A stretch of 56,788 nucleotides of DNA, filler included, from Platydemus manokwari (lineage: Eukaryota): the NCBI GenBank assembly GCA_037951405.1. It is 5 parts of 5 records of this genome, joined end to end, with 100 filler letters (N's around TTAATTAATTAA, not from the genome) between each part and the next. Parts side by side here need not be neighbours in the genome. Positions count along the whole stretch, not along the records: positions 1 to 14,649 come from JBBMOY011425866.1; 4 more parts are not named here. One strand, written 5' to 3'. Shown here in pieces: positions 1-11,129 of this stretch; the first letter of the stretch is position 1; each line of letters starts with the position of its first letter. The notes beneath the pieces were generated by a model. It worked only from the letters and a program-made list of their open reading frames with translations, did no database searches and was not told where the DNA came from. The translations under genes and the position numbers were made by a program.

Positions 1-932
1 TAATTAGTGTATCTTTGTAATTTTTGTGCTAGCAATAAATTTGTATTCGTAATATAGTAGTGTTTTTATTTTTTCATTGGCAGGTACCAAAGGTCCTATA
101 TCATTTTGGTAAATGACATCATCTTCAAAATCATCTCATTACCTTTGGTAGGATGCTGTTGAAGCAATTAGAAGTTAAAAGTTTGGTAAATAATCGTAAC
201 TTTATGAAGCAGTGTCTAGAGCCACTCATTCCGTCTCTACACGTTGATTAGAGTTGATCCAGGCGAAAGAACATCATATTATTAGGCCAATTGTAACCTT
301 TTCGTGCTTAGAACTCAGACATTACTCAAATGTATCAAGAGTAATAATAATAATGATAAAATATCGATATAGACCACGAATACAACGTAATAATGATTAT
401 AAATGATTTCATGAAATAAATTATTTAAGTTAATTATTTTCTTAATTATGTTTGAAGTTAAATAAGTACATAATAAAAATAGTTAAATCAAATGCTGAAG
501 TTATAACAGCTTAATTTTCTGAATTTGCCATGCTCTTATACCCTAACCCAAATTCATATCGTTTTAGTGTAATTTTACTTTTGAAAAAAGTTATTTTAAG
601 TTTCAAGATTTAATGTTATAATAATTTTTGAAAAATTTCGCTCTAGTTTCGAAATTACATGGGAAGGTAGCTTTTAGGTAATAATTATAACGTGAAAGAT
701 TAATAAATTATTTAAAAATAAAAAATAAATTTAATTAGAAATTATAATTATTTTAAGTTGTTACATAAGAATTAAATGTAAATAATTAAGATAAGAAAAT
801 AAAAATTCTAAGAAGCAATGTTTTTATCAAAAATTTAAATTATTTGACATTGGCGAAGAACAACGATTTTAATATCTCAATACATTATTGTTTAATTAAT
901 CGCTTTTATTAAGAATATAAACATTGAGAAAC

Positions 933-2362
933 ATGTTCAAATTAAGTGTTTTTTCTTCAATGATTTTCAGCAATATTAATTTTTTAAATAATAAGATTGG
1001 TATTAAATTAGTAAAACATATACATTGTACTATTCAATGTAATGTTAAAACCAGAATCCAAGTTAATAGTTACTTATTCAATAGAAATGTGCCGGCCTCA
1101 GAATTATTAAATAATTTAACAGAAGATGATGCTAAAAAATTAGACCAGATAAAGGTTCAACATCAGTTCTTGTTATCAAAAGGATGCTTAGTTCCAAAGT
1201 TACTTCGAGATTATGATTATTTAGAACTGCTCTGCTTATCTAATAGTCAGCAAATGAAATATTATAAATTTTTAGCTAAAAAGGAGTTTATAAAAGAAAA
1301 TGAAGTCATTAAAAAATCTGTTAAAAAAACTCCAGTAGTGTTTGAGGAAGTTAGTGATTTGTGTTATTGATATTGTAATTTTTAATTAATAGGAGCTTAC
1401 ACATGCCAAAAATCAATTTTATCCGAAATATTCAAATAAAACGGTGAAAATTTTGGAAACAAATCAGTTATTCCAAGCGATTAGACTAAATTATCAAGAG
1501 ATTATAATTGACGTATCGTTTGAAGATGACATGTACCGAAATGAAATTAAAAATTTAGCTAAACAGATCAATTATTGTTATGCATCTAATAAAGATTTAG
1601 CTGAACCTTTTCAAATTGTAATTCCTAATTTACGGCCTAATAGTGTGACATATTTCGATTTAGCGAATACATTTATTCCTATTGATACGGTTAGTAGTGT
1701 AAATCATTCTTGTTATATTTGTATCGCTATATATATAGTGAGAGAGAGATGAATTTTGATTTGTTATTTGTTGTGTGTGATGAATTGTGAATGAAATAAA
1801 TAGCCATTATTATTATTATGATGATGATGATGTGATGTGATAAAATGAAATCTATTTTCTTGTAGACTAATTGCCCCTTTAAAAAATTAGAAGATTTGCC
1901 ATTAATAATCAGTGAGAAGCATTATTTAGATTTATATCCTGATCGCAGATTAATATATTTGTCACCCGATTCCACGAATTTCTTTCAGGAAGGCGAATAT
2001 GATCACGATGCGATCTATATTATTGGAGGCATTGTTGATAAATGCTCCAATGCACCTTTAAGTTTGTCTAGAGCAAGGAGAGAAAGTATGTCCTGATTTG
2101 TGTGTTGCTGTTGTGTGTTTGAGGATGAAAATTCAATAATGTAGGAATCGAACATCGATGTTTTCCCATTGATCGATATGTTGAATGGAAAACTGGTAGA
2201 AAGGCACTCACTTTAGACCAATCATTTAATATTATGAAATTGGCTCGAGAATCAAATGGTGATTGGCGTTCTGCTATTATGTCAAGCATTCCCAGCCGAG
2301 CATTGATCGATAATTCCAACATCAAGTTCAATAAAGGATTCAAAGCATTTCGAAAGAAATAA
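933..2362 (+). CDS. TRMT10C: tRNA methyltransferase 10 homolog C / mitochondrial RNase P protein 1 (MRPP1), 4 exons, ~383 aa
   Basis: Exons 933-1349, 1393-1689, 1866-2085 and 2145-2362 join through GT-AG introns (43, 176, 59 nt) into an open frame of 1152 nt. Trm10 SPOUT motifs are present: IIIDVSFEDDM, LIYLSPDS, IYIIGGIVDK, FPIDRYVEWKTGRKALTLDQ, GDWRSAI. The N-terminal transit-peptide-like extension and the YYKFLAKKE helix favour the mitochondrial paralog C. Confidence 0.9.
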
Positions 2363-2941
2363 AGATTTTATTTTTTTGTTTTAATTTATTGGATAATGGC
2401 GCGTGAATGAAATGGTGACAAATAATCTCGTGATTGTGTTTGTGATTTATGGCGTAACCCCAGTCATCGGCGTGTGTGTGTGGTGATAAAATATCGTGAT
2501 TAAATGATATTCTATTGGTTGAAATATGTGATGGAACATGTAATTGTGTTATGTTGCGTTTGAGAGAAATATCCATGATATTACAATATAAAGGAAGCCA
2601 ATTTTCAAAAAGATTTTATTAAAATTGCAAGTCAAATATAATCAGGCAGCACAACTGGTTTTTGAATCGATTCGTGTATTTTTGTGATTGATTTATTCGG
2701 AAATGGGCACAGGGGATTTGTGATTCTGATATTTTGGTAATCACCTCGCTTTTGTTATTTATAATACTCTTTATTCTTGGATATCTTTTAACGAAAGATT
2801 TAAAAATCTATTACAATTCAAAAACAGGTGTTAATGGAGTTCTCATAATAATGAATAATCTGAACTATTAAACGATTTGTGAAGCTAAAATATGAAACTT
2901 GTAGATGAATCAATTCTAAAATATTATCTGATCATTATGTG

Positions 2942-2957
2942 TGTTAGATTTTGACAT
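2942..2957 (-). repeat. Candidate outer end of 3' LTR (TGTTAGATTTTGACAT)
   Basis: Same 16-17-mer as 14579-14595, in the same orientation, starting with TG. The following sequence aligns only with an indel (tacata..aaacaata.aataaa). No TSD or PPT identified. Confidence 0.4.
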
Positions 2958-3299
2958 GGGTGTACATACTAATACTGACTATTGAGACAGACCTAAACAA
3001 TATAATAAATTATATAAGATGAAAAAGTCACATTGAAACAGACACTAATATTGTCAATTGGAGGCAGGCTTGAATTTGAACATCTACGCTGTCTATAATC
3101 AGGATTATGATGATTAATTGTTTGTTATATTACTATATGTATAATGGGATTATTTTTATATGATTTGTAGAGCTGCATAATAGAATTATATTATATGATT
3201 TGTGAGGTGTTTGTTTATATTGTAGGATCTATAGGTGCTTTGGGAGTTTTTGGGGTTTTGTAGGGGTGACTCCCAATATTATTTCGGGGCTCGAAAAGC

Positions 3300-3833
3300 C
3301 TCGTCCTTGTGGCTTTGAAACAATTTTCGGGGCTTGCCACGGTTTTTAGCTTTCTCTTTATTCATTTTCAGGATGATTGGCGGGATATGTGCCAATCGGA
3401 TACTACTGTCTATATTCACATCTGATGTGGCATCCCATAACTCCATTGTCGATGTTGCTACCTCTTGTCCTTTTCAACTTTTCTCCCCCCTCCTGTTTTC
3501 GGCGATGGTACTGGTGTCTCCACTTCCAGTTTTATCTCGAAGTCTTCTTCCTCGTCTATCTCCAGGACTTCCTCCTCTTCCGTTTCTTTCTCCATTTACT
3601 CATTTTCTCTTACCCACTCATTGTATTTCTTTATTGTTAAATTCATTTTCTTCGCTTCTTCATGCATTTCTTTCATTTCTTTCTGATCCTGTTGTAACTC
3701 CTCTATTCGTCCTTGTATCGTCTCCACATTGTCCCACTTGTTTTTCATTTCATTTGCTTTCTCCTCAAATTCCCTCATTTTCTCTTTAATTTCTTCTACC
3801 TTACTTTGCATTTCCTTCATTTCTCTCCTCGTC
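3300..3833 (-). pseudogene. Coiled-coil/acidic C-terminal segment of retroelement polyprotein (where integrase would be expected)
   Basis: MKEMQSKVEEIKEKMREFEEKANEMK... heptad-like E/K helix, then an acidic stretch (ETEEEEVLEIDEEEDFE) and a basic RGKPRK patch near 3330. No HHCC or DDE motif. Confidence 0.5.
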
Positions 3834-5160
3834 TTATTTTCCTATTCGGATTCTTCTTATTTCTAATATTGATTTTCCCTCCTTGCATTCTGGTATTCGT
3901 GATAATGAATCTGCATTGGCGTTTGATTTTCCTGATCTGTATACTATTATTATATTATGATCTTGTAGTTTACGTGCCCATTCTATTAACCTGCTCGATG
4001 TATCCCTATGCTTCATAAGGCTCTCTAATGGTTGAAAGTCTATTTTTAATATTATTTTCGTTCCATATATATATATATATTGTCTGAATTCTTTCAATGC
4101 AAATATTATTGCTATACATTTCATTTTTTCCACTCTCTTTAGCGATCTGCTGGCGTAAGCTATTGTGTGATCCGATTCTCCCTCGTCTTGCTGTCCTAAC
4201 ACCGCTCCAAAAGCGTCTCCACTTTCATCGGTCATTATTCTAAACGGCTTCTCCATATTTGGGTATCTTAATATTGGGGCTTGCGTTAGATTTCGTTTTA
4301 ATGTCTCAAAAGCCTGTTGCTGCTCCTTTCCCCATTTTATCCTTAACCGGCTTTCCGTTTTACTGCGTTTTCCTTTTCCTTTTCCTTTTTCCTTTTCAAC
4401 TCCTTCTTTTTTATCTTTTTTATTTCTAATCTGTTTATATTCTTCTGCTGCTTTCTTCACCGGGTCATAAATTGGCATCGCAATACGTGCTTTGGCTCTG
4501 GGAACTTAGCTATTTTTCCTACTTTTGCCGGGTCTGGTGCTATTCCCTTTGTTGATATTATGTGATGGTTTTGCCCATTCACATTTAGTGGATTTTATTT
4601 TTAATCCCGACTTTTTGAGCCTAAAAATACTCTTCCTATATCTACAAAATGGTCGTCAAAGTTTTCGGAATAAACTAATATATCGCCTATGTAAACCATA
4701 GCATGTGGTACATCTGTTAACACCGTATTCATAAGTCGTTGAAACGTTGCTGGTGCTCCTGTTAATCCAAAAGGCACCTTTATATATTCATATAATCCCT
4801 CTCCTAGACAAAAATCTGTTCTTTCTATGTCTTCCTCGGTGACTTTACCTGATTATATCCTTTATTTAAATCTAACTTGGTATAATATTTTGCTCCGTTT
4901 AACTTATCAAATATATCCCTCATATTTGGCAACGGGAATTCATCCTGCTTCGTTTTCTTATTCAACTCCCTGTAATCTACGCATAATCGCACTTCTTTAT
5001 CTTTCTTCTTTACTGGAACCATATACGTTTTATATTGTGACGAACTTTTTCTTATGAATCCAAACGCTTCCATGTGTCGTATCTGCTTTTCTGCTTCTTC
5101 TAATATCTTGTATGGTATTCTTCTGCTTAGTAACTTAATAAGTGTCTCATCTGTTGTATG
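3834..5160 (-). pseudogene. pol: pol remnant: Ty3/Gypsy reverse transcriptase and RNase H
   Basis: RT motifs RRIPY, VKKKDKEVRLCVDYRELNKKT, FPLPNMRDIFDKL, KLDLNKGYNQV and YEYIKVPFGLTGAPATFQRLMN; the catalytic YIDD is mutated to YIGD (4682-4693). RNase H motifs FRIMTDESGDAFGAVLGQ, IAYASRSL and YRSGKSNANADSLSR. Frameshifts and short deletions are present. Confidence 0.95.
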
Positions 5161-5164
5161 ACTT

Positions 5165-6227
5165 CCGTCGTTCAAAATTAATACATTCGCTCTTGATTTC
5201 TTATCCTCCGTAGACACCCATATTCCATCATCCGTTTTAAATACTGAAGACATAACGTTTGAACACACCTCTATTCTCGCGGCTTTGTAATTTTCGCTCA
5301 AGATGATTCTTGTTACTGGTTGTAAAAATTCTTTTTTGCGTTATATATGATTGGCATATCGTTGGTGCAGTATTCATGTTTTTTGACCAATAAGTTGTTT
5401 ACCATTTTACACTGGAAGGTATAAATGACTTCCCCTACTACTCTAGCGAATGTTTTAGTTTCCTTAAATATTTTTCCTTTAATTTCTCTAAATTCCGTCT
5501 TCTTGAGCAACGTTAATGGACATTTGTATGGATTACTCTTGTACATTATTAATGATTCTCCCGAATCACATGCTGAATTGTCATATTCACAATGTGTCCA
5601 TGTAGTCATTTTCCTGGTTTTTGCATCCAAGGTGGTTTGATATTCTTGCAATTCTATAATGTAGTGTCCATATGCCATTTTTTACTACCTTTCCATCTAT
5701 CATGTAGTCACCTCCTTTGCAATATCCTCCATGACTAGACCATCCTTTTTGATTTATTGTATTCGTCCTGGTGATACCACTACTTGTATTCCTTTTGGTA
5801 TTTGATAAATTCCCTTTTCGAATGCAGCTTTACAACTTTCCACTGAAGGTATTTCTAGTACTGTCAGCCATGCTTGTACCAGTGTTACTGTGTATCCTCC
5901 TCTCTTATATGAACAATGGAAAAGCATTTCTTGATATGCAATTTTGCATTCCCTTGCTTTTTCAAACAGAAACTCTGATTCCTGATACACATACATTTCC
6001 TTTGGTTTTAACTGTGTAATATTTACTGGATATGCCTCTGAGCATTGTTCAATATCCAATAGAGAATATTTCTTCCCCCATCGTGGTTTGCTACAATCAT
6101 ATCCACTTATTCCGAAATTTGCTCCCCCTATACTGCTTATTACATATATCGCGAATAGCGTCTGAACTATTGTGGCCAATGTTAACCCTACTCCTAGTAC
6201 TGGTTGTTCACGTTTTGGCTTTTTCAT
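5165..6227 (-). pseudogene. env: Envelope-like glycoprotein, chuvirus G / class III (gB-like) type; internally deleted and C-terminally truncated
   Basis: Hydrophobic signal (VLGVGLTLATIVQTLFAIYVISS), then GYDC..KYSLLDIEQC, YVYQESE..RECKI..FHC and SVESCKAAFEKG. Bridging the frameshifts gives GWSSHGGYCKGGDY, THCEYDNSACDSG, ARVVGEVIYTFQCKMV, CTNDMPIIY, FLQPVTRII and C..VFKTDDGIW. This cysteine/motif order matches my recollection of chuvirus-type glycoproteins (GYDC..SLL...C; AGEV....C.PV; C.NELPV; FL.P.TRIL). Confidence 0.8.
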
Positions 6228-6249
6228 TCCCTTTAATAACGTAGTAACT

Positions 6250-9200
6250 ACTGGAGTCCATCCCCCAACTCCTTTACCATGTCTTCGTATTCATCGTATA
6301 TTATTTCTGCTCCTTCGTCTATGTTTATTACACTCTTATACACGTGATTACTTAATGTTCTCAACGTGACTGCTATTTTTCCCACTGTCTTTTCCCCTTC
6401 ATTTAAAGATTGCATCACTATTTTTAATTCATCCTTGTTATTGCATTGTTGCATTTCTTTTAATGAATTCTTAATTGGTTTTGTTAGATTCTTTAGTATA
6501 TTTACTTGTTCCTGTTCGTTCCATTTAAGCATGCATGGTAACTTGTTTACTGTCTCATCTTTTCCATCTCCTTGTCTCCACTTTTGAGTTTATTCTCCGA
6601 CTGATGCTGAAAGGCTGGTGCACTGGTGCTTGGATTATTATCTTCTACTCTGCTTGAGGATACCCTGACCGGCTCTGGGTTTTTTGCTTTGTTTGTTGAT
6701 CCTACTGGTCTCCCCCTAGGTTTTCGTGTGGATATGCTTTTGTCTTTGGTTTCTGCATTAGTTTGTTGTGCCGTATGTGTTTGTTGGCTTTCATTTAATA
6801 ATTCTTGATCAAAATATTGGAATAGTTCTTCATGATTACCATATCTATCATGATTTACTTCTCCCAGCACTTCCGGCAACTCCTCCTCTTCTTTTCTTGA
6901 TGGCTCTATTATCTCTTTTTCTTGATCACTTATCTCCTCTAATATGACGTCCTCCTCTTCTTCTATTGTTTTACTACACTCTCCTTCCCTATATGGATAT
7001 ACTATTTTCTTCCTCGATACCCCTTCCTGTTTTCTGCTGATACTATTTTTTAGTGCCAGTGACGCTTTTCTTTCTTCTTGTATTTGTTTCATTACATTTT
7101 CTCGTAGTTCCCTTTCCCTGCTGTACTTTTCCTATTTGGGTATTTATGTTTTTGCTTTCCTATGCATCCTAAACACAAATATTTCTTTTCTACTTATTTT
7201 TGTAGTTGATTCTTTGGCACTCTTTCCACCATATTCATTATGCTGTTTTCTTTCTTTGTTCTTAATTCTAGTGCCTTTAGGAAATCCTCATTGGAATTTA
7301 ACTCACTTCATTTAGAGTTTGCTGATTTTGGAGATTTCTCCTCACTACTTTTTGTTACCGGAGTAACTTCTTCTTCATCCAAATCTACCCCTATTATCTG
7401 ATTAGCATTTATATATAGCTCCCTTTTTTCTTTTTCGACCGGTTCTTTATTAAAACTCCTACTTCTACATTTAGACTTCTAAATTGTTTAGAATTATCCG
7501 GTTTAAATGGTATTGTTCTAACAGATCCCTACTTTTCAGTCTCATCCCCTTATTATAAAGAGTAATGCTTAATTTATTGACATGTTCTGTCATTAAAAAG
7601 TTTTGTCTAATATATTCCTTCATTGTTTCCTTCTGAGCTTTCCCTATTTATCATGTTAAATTCTCTTGGCCTCTTCTGGTATTATATCGATGGCTAAACA
7701 TGAATCTCCCTTGTCATTTTTTATGTATTCTCCTATACATTTCCATTCTGCCATCCTTTTGTCCTTAAACCTCAATTTCACCTTTCCTTTTATTTTTTCC
7801 AACTCCCCGGCTAATCCAATATTATCAACTTCCTAATCAGTTGAACTGATGTAGACATATGTAATTCCATGTCTTATTGCATTTGCTCTCCCTCACTATC
7901 TTTTAGGTAAATTTCCTCTTAATCCCGTTACATTTATCGGTGTCTCCTTGAGGAAATTCTCTTTCCCTTTCCTTTAGTTGTTCTCTTTGAGCCTATCTCC
8001 ATAACTCAACTTGTTTCCCTTGCTCATACTGTATTATTAGTTTATTTAATTCATATATAATTTCCTCTGGCATACTTATCCTTCTTAACTTCTCCCGTAT
8101 CCTAATGAATGTCCTTCCACACAGTAAAGGGTTTGGGTAGTATTTTCTCTCCTTAAGTTGTAAATACTTGAATGCTATTACCTCTTGACTCATTTTGATT
8201 GCATCCGTCCTTGTTAGTCCCTTTTTTACTAACTTTTCTTCTCCTTTTTTCTTCTCCTAATATTGATATTATTGCCTGCACCCGCTCCATTTTATCTCTT
8301 GCATCCGGCCTCTTGACGCAACTCATCATATTTACTTCCTTAAACTCCTTTTTTCTTCCTTCCGCCATTCGCTTCTTTTTTTATAATAATACGCACTATA
8401 ATGCGCAATTTCATGCGCACTATTATGCGTTTTATGCGTCATCCCTAAATCACTTAATATTACCTCTTCTGTGACTGGTGCTTCCTTATGCCATGCTTCC
8501 ACTCCGCATTCGGGATGTTCTTCGTTTGGCCAAAAACCTAATGCCCATTGCAATATTTCGCTTATGCTTGTATTTTCATCTACCGTCAGTGCTCCCCCTT
8601 TATTATTTCTTAAATTTCTCTCTTCGTGCATTAATTTTTCACAATGACTTCCTGGATATAACTTTACTATCCCATTTTTTATTATTCCATTTGGATATCT
8701 CTTTGGATTTTTCAGTACCACTATTCTGTATATCTGTCCACGTCTTAACCTCAGGTCTCTTGTCATCATGAGTTGTCTTCCTTGCATAAACATTATTATT
8801 TCATCTTCACCCGACACCCATTCATCTGTCCATCCTGTATATTTATATTTCCATCTCTGCTCCATTAACAATTAGAATTCTAGTACCGTCTCTTTTCCTT
8901 TAGTAGTTATCCACTCATAATGACTATCCTCCTCTTCGCTTACCATTTGGAACTCTATTATCACTTTTCCCTCTGTTCTTCTTATATTTTCTCTTCCCCT
9001 TTCTATATCGTCAAATGCTACTCCTCCTCTGACTGTGATCTTTATTTGTTCCCTATGTCCGTATACTGGTTGTGTTCTTATCTTTATTTGCTCAGCTTTC
9101 CATAACACTGGACATCGTTTAGCTATATCTTTGTATATCTTTTTCATTGAATCATTGAAGTTTATTTCCACATGAATTTGTTTTTTAATTCCATATCTAT

Positions 9201-11100
9201 CTTCTACCAGGATTGCTAATTTGTATTCTCCTTCTTCCGCATCCCTTCCAGGTTTTTCCTTGTCGTCCATTTTATCGTATATTCCTTTGCTTTCTAATAT
9301 TTCCATCATTAATTGTTCTCCCCACGTTTTTTATCCAAATAATCTGTTACTCCTGTATTTACCCATTCCGGATGTGTCACCAGTGTTATATCTCTTCCTC
9401 GTGGTATTGGCAATATCTTGCATTTTCCTATTATCTCCCCTCGTTCTTCCTTTTCATTTATTTTTTATGCCCGTTCTTCCATTATTATTTTACTTTTTGT
9501 CGCTGTTAACTGAATCAATGAGTATTCTGCTCTCTTTCTTAACGTTTTGACTCCTTCTACTATTCGTTGGAATTCAATTGCATTATTTTTCCCGAAAAAC
9601 GGCATTCCTATCCTCAACTTTTGTCCATGTGTTAGCAGTATTTTTAATCTTATTATTACACTTGAAGGTTCTAATTCATTTTCCCGTATGTAATCTTCTG
9701 CACACTCCACTATCTTCCATACCTGAGTATCAAAAGTTCCTTCTGTTTTTTCTCTAATTCTCTTTTCACTTGGTGTTTCATCTATTAATTCTCTAAATAT
9801 ACCTATCAGCGTTTGCACATTAATGTGATCCCTATTATCCTGCGTTAGCTTCATCCACAGCCCGTCTTTGTCTCCATATTTTCACATTCTCGTAGTCTTT
9901 CTACAAACTCGTCTATATTCCGATAGTCAATTTCCCTATTGACTAAATATTGTCCTAGATAATCCAACTTCCCTATTAGTTGTAAAATGCCCTTGCATTG
10001 TTACCAATTTTGATGGGACATATACTGTTTAGGTTCCTGGCACGTTTAATACCTTTGGCAATATTTTTTCAATTATCGGCATTGTTAAAGCTGGTTTTAC
10101 TGGTATTTTTTCTAATATTAGTGCTACTGCTACCTTGTATTTCTTTTTTCGTGTTATCTGGTCTTATTGCACATCTTTTTCTTTTAATTTTGTTACATTA
10201 TCTCTCTCCTTTTTATCCTGTGATTTCTCAGTTTCCAATTCTTGGCTCCTTATGCACCATTTTACTGGTCTCCCTGTCTCCTCTGTGACATCTTATGATT
10301 GGAGATTTGGTTTCTTTTCCCAAATCTCATTGATTTCATCTAGTGAACTGACTCCTTTCATATCCGATTTTGATTCCACTTACAGTATTGTGCTATTTTC
10401 GTCCGCTAATGCCCTGTTCGACACTTCTTCCTCACACTCTTCTTTTTTAATCAACTGCTCTTCTGTCTCCACCAGCTTGAATTCTTCTTTACTTTTATTT
10501 TTAGGTTTTAATGCCGGCAGCATTATCGGGCTTACAAACCAACGTCATAATGGGTTTCCATAATGAACAACTCATCCATTAGGTTCAGCTGCAATTCCTT
10601 CACTGTGGGTAGATTTTCTAATATTTCTATTGACAATTCCACTTTCTCTCTAGCACCTTTCTGCCTCATTGCCTCCATTTCTTGTTCGCTATTAATCATG
10701 CATATGTTGAGAGCTTCATATTCTTCCAAATACAATGTTTCTTGTCCGGGCTTCAAATTGTTCACTGGTGGTTTTAGCATTGGTTTGGTGTGAACTATTG
10801 CATACATATTGTGTCTCATATTGTGAAAAACCTTGATCTATTATATAAGCACTATCCGGTAATTCATCGAACTTAAGAAATATCTACATATTTTTCACTA
10901 TCTTATTATTTTCTTTTTCCATATACTGTGTTACTAATTTCCGTATTTTTCCGACCTTTGCTCATGCATTTCATGTAACTTTTATTTTGTGCTCCTGTGG
11001 CCCCTCCGTTGCCCATATGTTTATCCTCAGCGGTTTTTGCAATGCTGTTTTATGGGGGACTAATCTTCCCCATCGAGCTGCTTGCTCCACCTATTGATAG
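6250..11100 (-). pseudogene. ~4.8 kb of unrecognised retroelement-encoded protein sequence (fragmented ORFs), includes AT-hook RKPRGRP at 6706-6726
   Basis: Abutting minus-strand ORFs 10532-10819, 9465-9854, 8872-9309, 8332-8871, 8153-8368, 7993-8193, 6547-7092 and 6248-6532 share the purine-rich codon bias of gag/pol. Several join by single stops or frameshifts. No family recognised. Confidence 0.6.
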
Positions 11101-11129
11101 GTTAAATCATCTGCCATTAAGACGTGATC

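Noticed and set aside
1-370. Minus-strand GT-AG intron-like segment and possible divergent gene upstream of TRMT10C
   Set aside because: No convincing spliced frame or recognisable protein within the window.
9340-9375. WVNTGVT as a possible aspartic protease DTG motif
   Set aside because: It has Asn instead of Asp, and the surrounding hydrophobic pattern and downstream ILG.D motif are absent.
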